Under the pieces are notes generated by a model. It was not told where the DNA came from, did no database searches, and saw only the letters and a list, made by a program, of their open reading frames with translations. The position numbers were made by a program, and so were the translations under genes. A DNA stretch of 57,743 nt from Octopus bimaculoides. Taxonomy: Eukaryota. Numbering within the stretch: position 1 is the first letter of the stretch; every line of letters starts with the position of its first letter. Below, in pieces: positions 12,038-24,625 of this stretch. The DNA lies in contig NC_068985.1 of assembly GCF_001194135.2 (NCBI RefSeq), positions 76,780,321-76,838,063 on the forward strand, read 5' to 3'.

Positions 12038-12491
12038 ACCGATTTTCCGCGAACTAATACTTCACTATGTCATTTAATCCGGATACAAGTATGTGAGGAG
12101 ACTTAAATTTCCCGTGAACATTATTTATAACGTTTTACTATACCAATCCTCCAGGACATGCATTTGTTTATTCACATTTAGTCTGGGTTGCACAACCTGT
12201 TACTCCCTACACCCCCACCATCTTTTGCTGCTAAATTTTCCCAAAATTATATTCAGTGCAGAGAATATTTCTCCATCATGAAAGAATAAAAAATAATGTA
12301 TGATGGGCCGTGCGATGTGAGGTGACGAGAATGGCTCTTTTTGTACCACATCACCGATTTTCCGTGAACTAATGCTTCACTATGTCATTTAATCCGGACA
12401 CAATTATGTGAGGAGACTTAAATTTCCCGGGAACATTATTTATAACGTGTTACTATACCAATCCTCCAGGACATGCATTTGTTTATTCACA
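12038..12491 (+). repeat. About 139-bp direct repeat (12038-12177 and 12353-12491)
   Basis: accgattttccg.gaactaat.cttcactatgtc...gcatttgtttattcaca occurs twice with few mismatches. Confidence 0.85.
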
Positions 12492-12739
12492 AATGACATA
12501 TGTAGGCGGAACCACTTTCTCGATACCTAACTATAATACAATGAAGTTGCAAATATTTAAAGCTAAATCTATCACATGCTGACAGAGTAAGGATCTACTC
12601 TCTGGAAAGAGCAGATTAACAGCCTTTTTTTATTTCTTTTTTTAATCACAATTTTTTTTTTACATTTTTTACAAGAAAAGAAAAAAAATCATTAAGATTA
12701 TAAAAGATCAAGTTATCAAGACCTCACCACCACAAAGAA

Positions 12740-13350
12740 AAAGAGGAAGATTGGGACATCCTTAGCTCAGCACCGCCCTACCTGCCTCCGTTCTGCTTCG
12801 CAACCCCATCAACCTGATGTTGAATGCATTCGTATCGAAGTGCTCCAGCGCAAGTAGACCTCACGAATGGAACTGTAGTTGATGAGTTTGACCTACATCC
12901 ATTATCCTGCAGTCATAGTGCCTGTCGGTTCTCCGACACGCCGCTCTGAACGACATAATCAGAAGAGGCCGTGAGACGGCTGTCTTCCCGTAACAACTGG
13001 AGCCAGTAGGTCTTGACCGTGGGGACTCGTAAGCGTCTCGATGAAATGATCCTTTTCCCATGCGAACGAGGCAAATCCCTAATCTGGGACACGACGTGCT
13101 ACGTCACGTTCTCCGTCTCCAGCAAACCCGAATATCGCCACTCATAACACAGAGGAGGGAAGTTAGACAAATACGAGAGCTTGAACGGTCGTTGCCTGTT
13201 CGTGTCGGTGGCCGTCGAGAATTCAAATGTTCTCGTACTCTGCACTGCTGATTTCCTACATAAAAATCGGGATAACAGCGGCCCGTCTGAGACAGAAGAG
13301 ACAGAGAACAGCTATTTTGTCGAGCACAGTCGTGCTATGGCCACTTCATC
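12740..13350 (+). pseudogene. CRE-like non-LTR retrotransposon 3' remnant (zinc knuckle plus restriction-like endonuclease)
   Basis: Across frameshifts: GTVVDEFDLHPLSCSHSACRF-RHAALNDIIRRG...LEPVGLDRGD-KRLDEMILFP...GKSLIWDTTC...KYESLNGRCLFVSVAVENS, matching the R(P)DG...WD...E REL pattern. Confidence 0.75.
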
Positions 13351-14289
13351 CAATAAGAGCTGGCTGCGGAAGGGTTCACCCAGCAGTATACGCGCCTTTT
13401 TCAAATAGCTAAATCAGTTGCAGTATTGACAGCCCTAGTGGCGATATCACCCTTTCTGATATGTGACTATTACAGTGTACACTACCAACGCCACGCAACT
13501 TATTTCATTTATATGTTTTCATTCTGCGACATATAAGCCACCCAAAATGAAATACATCGTAAGTCGTGCGGATTTCTTCATGTCTCGCTACACCAACTAA
13601 TTAACATTCACAAACAAGCTAAAAAATAATTGTTATTGCTTCTTGCGAGTACTTGTTACTCTTCAAAGATAAATTTTAATGCTACATATATTTTGCCTTC
13701 TGACTTTAAACACGCTGTCACAGAACACTCGCATGAAATTAATGACGACAACTATCAATACAAACTTAATCCGTTAAGAAAAATCTACTAATCCCCAGTG
13801 CTTTGTTGTAACTTGAAGCTCTCACAAATGTTTTTTGTTTGAAAATTTTTATATCAATATTGCTGACAATCTTAACAATTGTCAGTAGAGTTTCAGTTAA
13901 TAATAAACGGGCTTTTCATTTTGCTTTCTATGTGGTTTGTATTATATTAAAATGTTAGTTACATTTTATATTAAAATATTAAAATGTATAATTATATTAA
14001 AATGTATAATTTCTTGTCCCATCAGTTCTTATAATTCCTTGTAGTATTTGCATTCACTTATTATTAGCCTGTTTGCTTTCAAACTCTCTCTCTCTCTTGT
14101 GAAATTAGCCATGACCTTATTTAAAAACTGGAAAGCCTCGGACAAATATGTAGCTATTAAAATGTTATGGTGGTTCCACACCTACGCTTTTATCATCATC
14201 ACGATGATTTTCCATCTCCGTGAGTCCTCATTAGATATTTTTCGCCATGAAACCCAAGTAATTCCACTCCATCTTAATTTATTTTACTA

Positions 14290-14690
14290 AATCCAGCCAA
14301 GTGTGCCCTCTCAGCAATCTCCTGACGAACATTTAGTATTGATTCTTCTTTATCCAGGAAGTTTGTAATGGTGCTTAGATAGACTTTACTCCAGACAAGA
14401 TGAATTTTGGTTATTTTCACTTGCCGCCATTGCCGCTGTCAAATTGTCACTTGCATTCAGGTTATAGTAACATACCAAAATTGTTTAACTGTCAGTTTGG
14501 TTTTGCCAGCTGAGAACTTAAACAATTGCTTAAAAGTGTGCTGTGAACAGTAGCTGTCATTGTAGCAACACTTGCCTGATCCATAGATTGAGTTAAACTG
14601 GTTGTTTGGTAGCAGAAAACCTACTTGAACATTATCTGTCAATTCATTCAAGTTAGATATGCGACATGAGATGTTTTTCACAAGAAATAA
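14290..14690 (-). pseudogene. Second Tigger/pogo transposase fragment
   Basis: Minus strand reads NVQVGFLLPN/TTSLTQSMDQASVATM (cf. VVFLPPNTTSLIQPMDQGVIA), then TVKQFW. Confidence 0.6.
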
Positions 14691-15059
14691 GGCTCTATTT
14701 TTAAGGTTCTTAGCCTGACAATATTCCCTGAAAGTTGGGCTGAGATAAGAAGGAAGCCAATATTGGAATATTTTTCTAGTGATTTACCCCTATTTTTGTG
14801 ATCGACATATAACGAGAAAAATGAATTTTAGAGCATCTTTTCATAATCATTGGTGTCTCCAGAATGATAGCCAGCATGTAGCTTCTGCTTCGGATCTCCT
14901 GAAGCTTTACCACCAAGTAGAAGAGTTTATAGACGGTCGAGGTGAAATGTGGTTAAACCATCTAATAACAACTCCATTCAGAAGGCTAGAATAATACACA
15001 AATGTGCCAGTGAGGGAAAAAGAAGAGATACAACTGAGTTGAGCGTTGTGTGCGTTATG

Positions 15060-15598
15060 TATACAGAATTATAGACAGGTTGTACATTCGCTGTTAACCA
15101 TGACGAAGTAATTCACGAAGAGTGCTATGTTAGAGCCTGTGCAGTGTTGCTGGTTGAGCTGTGTACGTAGAGATGTTGTTGGTGTCGTTAAAAAGAAGAT
15201 GGTAGCGACGAAGAAAGAGATTGACATAATGCTGTTGGATGGGTGTTGTCGTCTGGCTCGCACGTTATATCTTTGCTGTTGATGCAGGGTGAAGTAATTC
15301 ACGAAGAGTACTGTGTTGAAATCTGGGCGTCTGGTGTTATCGCTGGAGCTGGCTGCGTCTTGTGTGGTCAGTTTGAGGAGTATCGAGATGAGGAGTATCT
15401 GGGGTTTTATAATGAACAATAGGCTCAACGGGGCTGGGAAAAGGCTGTCTCACTTGATCCTATTTAGGAGTCCGATTGGTTATACGCTGCATATCGGCGC
15501 GACAGAGTAAGAGACAAATTGTGCCAATGCCAACCAATCAGAGTAGCGGACACAACGGGGTCTAAATAGCGGCCAAAGGTTAGCTGTTATCTGCTACG
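15060..15598 (-). mobile_element. Putative solo LTR or promoter-like repeat
   Basis: CpG-rich island with two CCAAT motifs (near 15475 and 15531), TATAAAA on the minus strand near 15405, an internal 19-bp repeat gaagtaattcacgaagagt, and a minus-strand start cgtagcag (possibly decayed TG). Confidence 0.4.
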
Positions 15599-17479
15599 TT
15601 AGAATGTATGCATATATAATAAAGGGGAGAGGAATTTCACTAGTTTTTTTACGTTACAAGTTATATGAACTTTCACAATCACGAAAACAAATGCAATTTT
15701 ATTTTTGCACTCGTTTCCATTAAAAAAGTCCTTGTCAGCTACATTAAAATTTTGCTGCAATGTATATTTCTCCGTAATCAATAATATTTTTCAGTGGAGC
15801 TCAAGAAGCAGCTGTAGAATCTGTGTCAATGATTTCAGACTCATCTGCTCCTCAGGAATGGTGCAATTTTGAACGATTCTTGAAACACTTCAACCAACCC
15901 TAACATTTTACTACAGAGTTTTTACTTTTAGCATAAGAAGCCTATGTTTTCTTTACGCCATCGAATATCTAACGCTTGAATTTGAATGGTATGAAGCAAA
16001 TATTGGACAATTATGTTAATACATGTCTTCTATTCGTAGAGTTTAAAATCTTTCTACATTTTCCATTATATGAGTTTTATTCTTAATGTTGTAGCAGCTA
16101 GAACGTTTTACACTTGTTAATAGGCTTTAATTTATTTGCTTTGTTTTTTCGGCATTACTACGAATTGCTCGTATATGCTTACAGAACGACAACTCTTCCA
16201 ATAACTTCAGCTCGCTGTTCATCGTTGAATTTATGTAATGCTTTGTTTTTAATGTTAATTGTGTGTGTGTGTGCGTGCGTGCGTGCGTGTGTGTGTGTGT
16301 GTGTGTGTGTTCACAGACAACAATGCTACACAGTTGACATTTAGCTGCTATTACAACATAGATAAATTCAAAGAATATTTACAAAGCGAAAATTCTTAGA
16401 AAGCACTTTCTACCAGCACTCAGTACGAAACCAATAAGGAAAGTAAAAGTAGTGCTTTGATTCGAGGAAACTTCGTAGCAATTCGCTACTCAGATACTTT
16501 GTTTTTATTTATACATTTGTCCCACAACATAAATATTTCTTCCGACTCATANNNNNNNNNNNNNNNNNNNNNNNNNNNNNNNNNNNNNNNNNNNNNNNNN
16601 NNNNNNNNNNNNNNNNNNNNNNNNNNNNNNNNNNNNNNNNNNNNNNNNNNNNNNNNNNNNNNNNNNNNNNNNNNNNNNNNNNNNNNNNNNNNNNNNNNNN
16701 NNNNNNNNNNNNNNNNNNNNNNNNNNNNNNNNNNNNNNNNNNNNNNNNNNNNNNNNNNNNNNNNNNNNNNNNNNNNNNNNNNNNNNNNNNNNNNNNNNNN
16801 NNNNNNNNNNNNNNNNNNNNNNNNNNNNNNNNNNNNNNNNNNNNNNNNNNNNNNNNNNNNNNNNNNNNNNNNNNNNNNNNNNNNNNNNNNNNNNNNNNNN
16901 NNNNNNNNNNNNNNNNNNNNNNNNNNNNNNNNNNNNNNNNNNNNNNNNNNNNNNNNNNNNNNNNNNNNNNNNNNNNNNNNNNNNNNNNNNNNNNNNNNNN
17001 NNNNNNNNNNNNNNNNNNNNNNNNNNNNNNNNNNNNNNNNNNNNNNNNNNNNNNNNNNNNNNNNNNNNNNNNNNNNNNNNNNNNNNNNNNNNNNNNNNNN
17101 NNNNNNNNNNNNNNNNNNNNNNNNNNNNNNNNNNNNNNNNNNNNNNNNNNNNNNNNNNNNNNNNNNNNNNNNNNNNNNNNNNNNNNNNNNNNNNNNNNNN
17201 NNNNNNNNNNNNNNNNNNNNNNNNNNNNNNNNNNNNNNNNNNNNNNNNNNNNNNNNNNNNNNNNNNNNNNNNNNNNNNNNNNNNNNNNNNNNNNNNNNNN
17301 NNNNNNNNNNNNNNNNNNNNNNNNNNNNNNNNNNNNNNNNNNNNNNNNATGTAAAACATTAATGAAAAATGTGGCCCCCGTTTTAAAATAGATCCGCGTA
17401 TTGTTTTGTTTCCTGTAAGATACAATGTAATACTTTAGGCTTCGTTGTTCATTTCATAAGAATACTTAAAATACTTTAA

Positions 17480-17940
17480 GTATTCGCCGTATCGCAGTTC
17501 ACCTATCGTGCCCTCTGTACATCGCGGATTTTTCTGGCTAATATATGTAAATTTATATCGCGGACTCTTCAGTATATCGCGGGTTTCTGCGACCGATAGG
17601 TATTTATATTTTTTTAGATTTTAATTATTTCTGTGGTAAAATAAGCATTTTCACGCCTAAAAATGAATAACTTGATTAATAAATATACGGTACTGTACTG
17701 TATAACACATTAATTAAAGTATATTGAAAGAAAATACGTAGTTACCGTAGATGAGTAAACAAAGAATCGCACACACTGTATGGAAAACTCGGGAGGCGAG
17801 TGTGTGGTGTTGTTTTGCATTTATAATAAAATAAATATCTACAAATTATAAAAATAAAAAATATATATACAATACAGTACTGTTTCTACTTCGCGGATTT
17901 TCACCTCTCGCGGTGGTGGGGATAGTCGAGGGATAACTGT
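17480..17940. mobile_element. Tigger-like MITE, left end not seen
   Basis: Right end cgagggataactgta (TIR plus TA); repeated atcgcggatttt motifs. Confidence 0.55.
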
Positions 17941-18134
17941 AATTAAATCTCTGTCAAGTAGACTGTGATGATTGTCGCTTAGATAACATTCATGAAATAA
18001 AAGAAAATAGACTGACTGGTTTAGTTACCCATTATTGCTATTGAATTATTTATACTTTAGTGAAATGACAACGCAACGAGTTACGAAAGAAAGAAAAATA
18101 AAACCAAGAAAAATTCATTTTGACAGACATACAG

Positions 18135-18380
18135 TCTTGTGAGTGGATTTGGTAAATGGAAACTGAAAGAAGCCCGTCGTATATGTGTGTGTGTGTGTGT
18201 GTTTGTGCCCCCAACATTGCTTGACAACTGATGCTGGTGTGTTTTCATTCCCGTAACTCAACAGTTTGGCAAAAGGGACCAATAGAATAAGTACTAGGCT
18301 TACAAAGAATAAGTCCTGGGGTCAATTTGTTCAACTAAAAGTGGTGCTCAAGCATGGCCGCAGTCAAATGACTGAAACAC
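18135..18380 (+). mobile_element. SINE family A, 3' portion
   Basis: gagtggatttggtaaatggaaactgaaagaagcccgtcg...(TG)n...agcatggccgcagtcaaatgactgaaac. Confidence 0.8.
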
Positions 18381-18949
18381 GTATATATATGTGTGTGTGT
18401 GTGCATGTATGTATGTACGTACACACACATACACTACAATCAAGAAAGTTGCTTATTAAATACAGTTACAGTTACAGACACCGTGTTTAATATCTCTGTT
18501 TATATTTCAAAATAACTGCAGAAGTATGCTCCCGCTCGACTTTGTTTCCTCATGACTTCCTGAAAAATGGATATTCCTTGATGAAATTTTCTACAAATGC
18601 CTTTCAGATAATGTAGGTTACAAATATACTGGAATTTGTGGTGAAAATCTTTTTCGGAGGCAGGAAGAAGAGTTTTGGATAATTCACATGCCTCAGTTTT
18701 ATTTCCTCATAACTTTGAGAAAAATGTTTATTTTTTATCACCTTTCATATATTGTAGATTACAATTATATCAGGATTTAATTTGAGAAAATTGCGGGGTA
18801 GGGGAACAACATTTCATGCATATCAACTTTGTTTCCTTATACATTTTGATAATGTAAATTACAATTATGTTGTGAGATAAAATTACTTTTGAGAATTATT
18901 CCACCCTTTCCTGTAAATTTTCTGAAAGAATTCTTTGTAAAAATGTGAG

Positions 18950-19170
18950 GTCATGTGAGCTGGTAGAACCATTAGCTCGTCAGACAAAATGCTTAGTAGC
19001 ATTTTTTCTGACTTATTACATTCAGTGTTCAAATTCTGCTGAAGTCGATTTTGCATTTCTTCCTGCTGGAGTTGATAAAATGAGCACTAGTTGAGTAGTG
19101 GAGCTGGTGTATTTGACTTACCTTTCCACCAAAATTTCAGACCTTGTGTCTGTAGTAGAAAGGTGTATTT
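18950..19170 (+). mobile_element. SINE family D, decayed
   Basis: gagctggtagaaccattagc...gttcaaattctgctgaagtcgattttgc...gataaaatgagcact; inverted homologs at 43365-43585 and 54150-54365. Confidence 0.65.
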
Positions 19171-19639
19171 TATCATAGTTTTAAACCCTCTCTTTTAAAC
19201 AAACTCAAAGGCAGCTCATTTTCTATGTAGTCATTTTGAATGCCAGAAATAGAAGGGATCACGTGGGTCTCAAAAGCACTCTTTATTTTCAATATAATTG
19301 TCATATACATCATCAAAATATATGAGGAAACAAAGCTGAGATGCATGAAATATCCCATTGCAGCCACAGATTGTTTTCCACATTGGGAGAAAACTCTTGA
19401 GATGAAATATGTTAGGGAATAGATAAGAATTGTAATATTGTAATAGGGTACATTATTACCTTAGAACGGTGTTTCTCAACCTCTTTACCCTTGTGTAACC
19501 ATTCAAATAAATTATGTCTTAAGGAACCCCTGCACAAAATAAATTATATACCATATCTTTCTCATATTTTTTCATCATAGTTCACGTGGTAAATATTATA
19601 TATATATATATATATAACAGACATCACTAAATATATCCC

Positions 19640-20130
19640 CAATGGTTGTTACAAGCCTGACCTTTCTTTCTTGTCCGGCCGTTGTGCGTACAGCATCGTT
19701 ATTCCTCCCTGTGCCTGTGAAATCTTGTATCCCTGCTGTAAGGCCTTATTTCCATATGACATCTGTTGTTTTGTCCTTTTATTATTCTTACTGTATTTGT
19801 GTAACATTGTTCGTTTTTTTCCGTCCTTGTTTTTGTATACATTCGCTGCTTTCTTCCAAGGAATCTAATGCTCTTAGCTTAGTTTTTCCTTGGGGCGGCC
19901 AGATTGGAGCAATATCGAGAATAACCAGCCGAAATTGCAAGGATAATCTGGATCTCGACTGAAGAGAGAACACTCCGAATGACCTGTCCATGTTTGCTTT
20001 GTATCGTCTATCTGTATGTTTTGTGCCTTTCTTGTATCACCTAACTGTCTGGATGCTTTATGTTCTTGTCCCATTCTATATCATTTATATATATATATGT
20101 ATATATATCTATTCCTGTACTCAGTCCAAC
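19640..20130 (+). mobile_element. Non-autonomous Penelope-like or pLTR-type repeat
   Basis: 19640-19770 matches the reverse complement of 35540-35680; 19915-20100 matches 36075-36260. Confidence 0.55.
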
Positions 20131-20669
20131 TCCAGTACTAGTGTTTGGTATTCTGCTAACCATGCATGTTACAGGGTGTTTCTTATATGAAGACTTTTGT
20201 AATTTATGACCAAATTCATGCCTTGTGTGGCATAAATAAAATCTCATTTAAAGTTGGAATGGTGTTTTTGTATTATTAACATGCAGCCTCACGTATATAA
20301 GCAACCAACAACTCGCATGGTTTCATGTTTAAGTCTGCATATATTTTGGTAGTTTTGAAGACATGCATTTACAACATTTATGAAATTAGGTAGAGCATTT
20401 ATTTTAGAAAAAAAAGACAATGTAGAATAATGAGTGAATCATTGACTGCAACATGTTGTACATATTAAAAGTAATCAAATCTGTATAATGTTTGGGAAGT
20501 TATAAATATAATTTTCTTATTTTCCTGTTATTTTTGGCATTTATATTTACATCCTCATACTATCATTAGCAATTTTCAACATGTACAATTTTCATCAACA
20601 TCTCCGTCTTCATTCACGGCTTGGGTGTTCTAGTTTGAAAATAATTAATAAAATGAAACAAAACAAATT

Positions 20670-21010
20670 GTGAAAATATCTAAACAATATGTGGTGCTTA
20701 TTTTTAAATATTACTTAGGGAATACTAATGGATATGATCTCTTAACCGAATTAGATATTGCAGAAGACTTACTTCCTGAAGATGTAAAGCTTCCGATTGA
20801 AACTATTGGATTCATTAACAGTAATGAGTTACAGGATGTCATGCCAAATGTGTCGGTTGCATTAAGAATAATGTTTATAATAATTATAACTGCAGCCATC
20901 ATGGCAGAGAGCTTTACCACATTAAAGCTTATAAAGGACTTATTTATGACCACTCTAAACAAAACCACATTCATTGTGTAAAGAGAGAATTGTATTACAG
21001 AAAAGACAGA
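20670..21010 (+). pseudogene. hAT transposase C-terminal dimerisation domain remnant
   Basis: MPNVSVALRIMFIIIITAAIMAESFTTLKLIKDLFMTTL resembles FPNVSIALRILLTIPVTVASAERSFSKLKLIKNYLRSTM. Confidence 0.65.
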
Positions 21011-21539
21011 CATGAAAAAAGTGTTGTAAAAACTTTTGCATATCTAAAGGGAAAAAAATAAGTGATTTAACTAACTACAATGCAATTGTTTTCATCATCT
21101 GCTCTTTTCTTTAACCTTCAATTTTTTGTACAAGAAATTGTAAACTTTCTGGTTTACAAATATATGCATGTATATTAGGTACATTGCAGTTGTTGAATGG
21201 TGTTGTGAAGAGAAAACAAAGTTTATATGTGTATGTGTGTGGGGGGTGGACTGTGGGGGGTGGNNNNNNNNNNNNNNNNNNNNNNNNNNNNNNNNNNNNN
21301 NNNNNNNNNNNNNNNNNNNNNNNNNNNNNNNNNNNNNNNNNNNNNNNNNNNNNNNNNNNNNNNNNNNNNNNNNNNNNNNNNNNNNNNNNNNNNNNNNNNN
21401 NNNNNNNNNNNNNNNNNNNNNNNNNNNNNNNNNNNNNNNNNNNNNNNNNNNNNNNNNNNNNNNNNNNNNNNNNNNNNGTGTGTGTGTGTGTGTGTGTGCA
21501 ACCACCTTATTTATATTCTGATCACTGTCACTTGTGAGT

Positions 21540-22135
21540 ATGCCCAACATTTGGCCATCATCTCTCTCCCGCTCTCTCTTGCACTCCTGCTCTTCCCTCA
21601 GGTTGGGTAACCATGTATCTGCATTACAGCTGCACAGCTACTTCTGTCCTTATTTCCCTCACTCTCTCTCTCTTTCTCTCTCACCCTCTATCGCCAGGTA
21701 ACCATGTACCTACCTTACAGCAAGACATCTGTTTCTGTCTCTCTGTCTCACTATAACCTTTCATCATCTAACACAAGATGCCCTCCTATAATTCCTTCTA
21801 TCCTCTCAAAGGATCTTTGTCTTGTAAGTTACTTGGTGACCCTGTCAGTTCTGGTGCTACTTTAAAACCATATAATCCTCACTGTAAAGTGGTTGGCATT
21901 TGGAAGGGCATCCAGCTGTAAAAACCATGCCAAAACTGACCTTGCCTGTGCTTCTGCCATGTAAAATACACTGTCCACTCTGCTTGGTGGTTGGTGTCAG
22001 GAAGGGCATCCAGCCATAAAAAAAAAACAGACACAGACGTCTGGTGCAGGCTTCTCCTTGGCCAGCTCCTGGCAAACTGTCCAACTCATGTCAGCATGAA
22101 TGGTGAATGTTAAATGATGATGATGATGATGATAT
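21540..22135 (+). mobile_element. RTE-type 3' UTR / SINE family C, partly dimeric, with (GAT)n tail
   Basis: Two gtggttgg..ggaagggcatccagc units, ending aactcatgtcagcatgaatggtgaatgttaaatgatgatgatg. Confidence 0.7.
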
Positions 22136-22139
22136 ATAT

Positions 22140-22567
22140 GTACAGATATGGCACTCAGTTACAACGAAAGTTATGGCCGATCTTGGAAGATACGGAGATT
22201 GACACCCTCTGGTTTCAGCAGGATGGAACAACCTACCACATTTCGCGCCAAACGCTTGCATTACTATACAAAAAATTTCCGCAACGAGTGATATCTTTGC
22301 ATGGTGACCAGAAATGGCCACCAAGGCTGAAATCAGGCGTATGATTGGAGCCATCGAACCACATATCTGTGAGAGAGTTTATCAAAAATTTCGAGGAGCG
22401 TATAAATGTATGCAGACTCAGTGCAGATGGACATATGACCGATATTGTATTCCATACCTAAAAGGGAGACATAACTCATTACAAATATGGAAAATATAAC
22501 CATGTTTATACGAATTCGTTTTAATTATTCACTTTTCAAATTCGGCGCCCTTTATGGGACACCCTGT
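22140..22567 (+). mobile_element. Tc1/mariner-superfamily 3' remnant (maT/DD37D-like)
   Basis: LWPILEDTEIDTLWFQQDGTTYH...FPQRVISLHGDQKWPPR followed by a deletion; right end ...atgggacaccctg. Confidence 0.7.
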
Positions 22568-22574
22568 TTATATA

Positions 22575-24027
22575 CACCCAGAACCACGCTTAGGAGTGAA
22601 ATTTAGGATTTCTTGGTATTCTGTGAATCGATTTTGATAAAACTTTTCCCAACTGGTTTGCACACTATGGCAACACCATTGCTATATTTCTATTATTCTG
22701 TGTAACGTCCTTTCTTTTTTATTTCAGATTCTTCAGTTTTGGGGTGAACCACGCTAATAGCTTTTGAATGAAAATAGCCCATCTAGACTTTTTTTTCAGA
22801 AAATGAAGGGTGATGATACATATTAAGCATACATTGAATATATATTTGACAGAAAACCATAATAATATTATAACATTTATTGATATAATGAATTATTTAG
22901 CTACATGAGCGCCAAGGAAGAAACGATCTGATTGTGAGACCTCCAAGATTGTAACAGCTTGAGATTTAAGGAATATTGTCTGCAAGTTATGTGGGAAACC
23001 TGGACAAACAAGCAAAGCCATTTTCACCACCTCCAGACTTCCTTATGTACCAAAAACCACCAGAAATCGCATCCTCCTGACTATGACTTCCATGCGAGAA
23101 CCCCTGAAACTGCCTCCTCACAGGAGTTTGCAGCTTCAATGGGCTCAAAAGTACATGACGTTAGACACGAGATGTGTTCTGGTCACTGACAAAACCAGGG
23201 CAACCCTTGACGAACCTGACGGTTGGGCAAATGATTGGGTCTATTTTGGAAATGAGTGTTACCAACATTTACGATGTCGACAACAGGGTGGAGGAGTCAT
23301 GGTATTGGCTGGTATCATTGGGGAGAAATTCACTTCCTGATGGAAGTCTTGGATCCCTGGCTAGATGACATACTGCTGTCACTTCTAAGGAATTTCATAT
23401 TCATGCATGACAACGTTCTCTTCTACTCTGCTAGGACACGCAAACATTCCTAGGGTCTTACGGCATATAAGGTGAAAGGTTGATGGAGTGGCCACTAGCA
23501 TTTCCGGATCTCAACCCTATCGAAAATCTTTGGTTCATCGTTAAACAAGATGTTTATGCCGCTGGATGCCAATTGACGTCGAAAGATGTCTTATTGGCGA
23601 CCATCAAAGTTGCAGCAGAAGCAGTCCAACCTGTTACTGTTAAGGAATTGACAGATTCCATGACTAACAGGGCTTTTGAAGTTATCTGTCGAAATGGCGC
23701 TCATGTAGCTAAATAATTTATTATGTCAATAAATGTTATAATATTATTATGGTTTTCTGTTAAATATATACTCAATGTGTGCTTAATTTGTATCATCACC
23801 CTTCATTTTCTTAAAAAATATGTCTAGATGGGCTATTTTCATTCAAAAGTTATTAGCGTGGTTCACCCCAAAACTGAAGAATCTGAAATAAAAAAGAAAG
23901 GATGTTACACAGAATAATGAAAACATAACAATTTTGTTGCCATAGTGTGCAAACCAGCTGGGAAATAATTTATCAAAATCGATTCACAGAAAACCGAGAA
24001 ATCCTAAATTTCACTCCTAAGCTATTA
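22575..24027 (+). mobile_element. Tc1 element with about 330-bp IR/DR terminal inverted repeats and decayed DD34E transposase
   Basis: Arms 22587-22915 and 23696-24021 are reverse complements. Internal frames read WAQKY..VLVTDKTRATLDEPDGW, RQQGGGVMV, FIFMHDN, WPLAFPDLNPIENLW...RNGAHVAK*. Confidence 0.9.
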
Positions 24028-24454
24028 GNNNNNNNNNNNNNNNNNNNNNNNNNNNNNNNNNNNNNNNNNNNNNNNNNNNNNNNNNNNNNNNNNNNNNNNN
24101 NNNNNNNNNNNNNNNNNNNNNNNNNNNNNNNNNNNNNNNNNNNNNNNNNNNNNNNNNNNNNNNNNNNNNNNNNNNNNNNNNNNNNNNNNNNNNNNNNNNN
24201 NNNNNNNNNNNNNNNNNNNNNNNNNNNNNNNNNNNNNNNNNNNNNNNNNNNNNNNNNNNNNNNNNNNNNNNNNNNNNNNNNNNNNNNNNNNNNNNNNNNN
24301 NNNNNNNNNNNNNNNNNNNNNNNNNNNNNNNNNNNNNNNNNNNNNNNNNNNNNNNNNNNNNNNNNNNNNNNNNNNNNNNNNNNNNNNNNNNNNNNNNNNN
24401 NNNNNNNNNNNNNNNNNNNNNNNNNNNNNNNNNNNNNNNNNNNNNNNNNNNTAT

Positions 24455-24625
24455 ATATATATATGGGAGAATATACAAATAATAACAACAGACGAGGACA
24501 GGTGGTGTAAATAACAAAAGGATGTATTAGTATGACGCTCGGGAATACGGAAAGTCTTTGACGTTTCGAGCTACGCTCTTCAACAGAAAGAATACGGAGA
24601 CAAGGAGAAAAACACGGAGAAAAAA
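24455..24625 (-). mobile_element. Penelope-like pLTR fragment
   Basis: Contains the hammerhead-like motif at 24555-24591 and a pyrimidine-rich tail. Confidence 0.55.
24555..24591 (-). ncRNA. Minimal type I hammerhead-like motif with A6U core variant
   Basis: Minus strand reads UCUUU-CUGUUGA-A-GAGC(GUA)GCUC-GAAAC-GUC/AAAGA: helix I UCUUU/AAAGA and GUC cleavage triplet. Confidence 0.65.
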
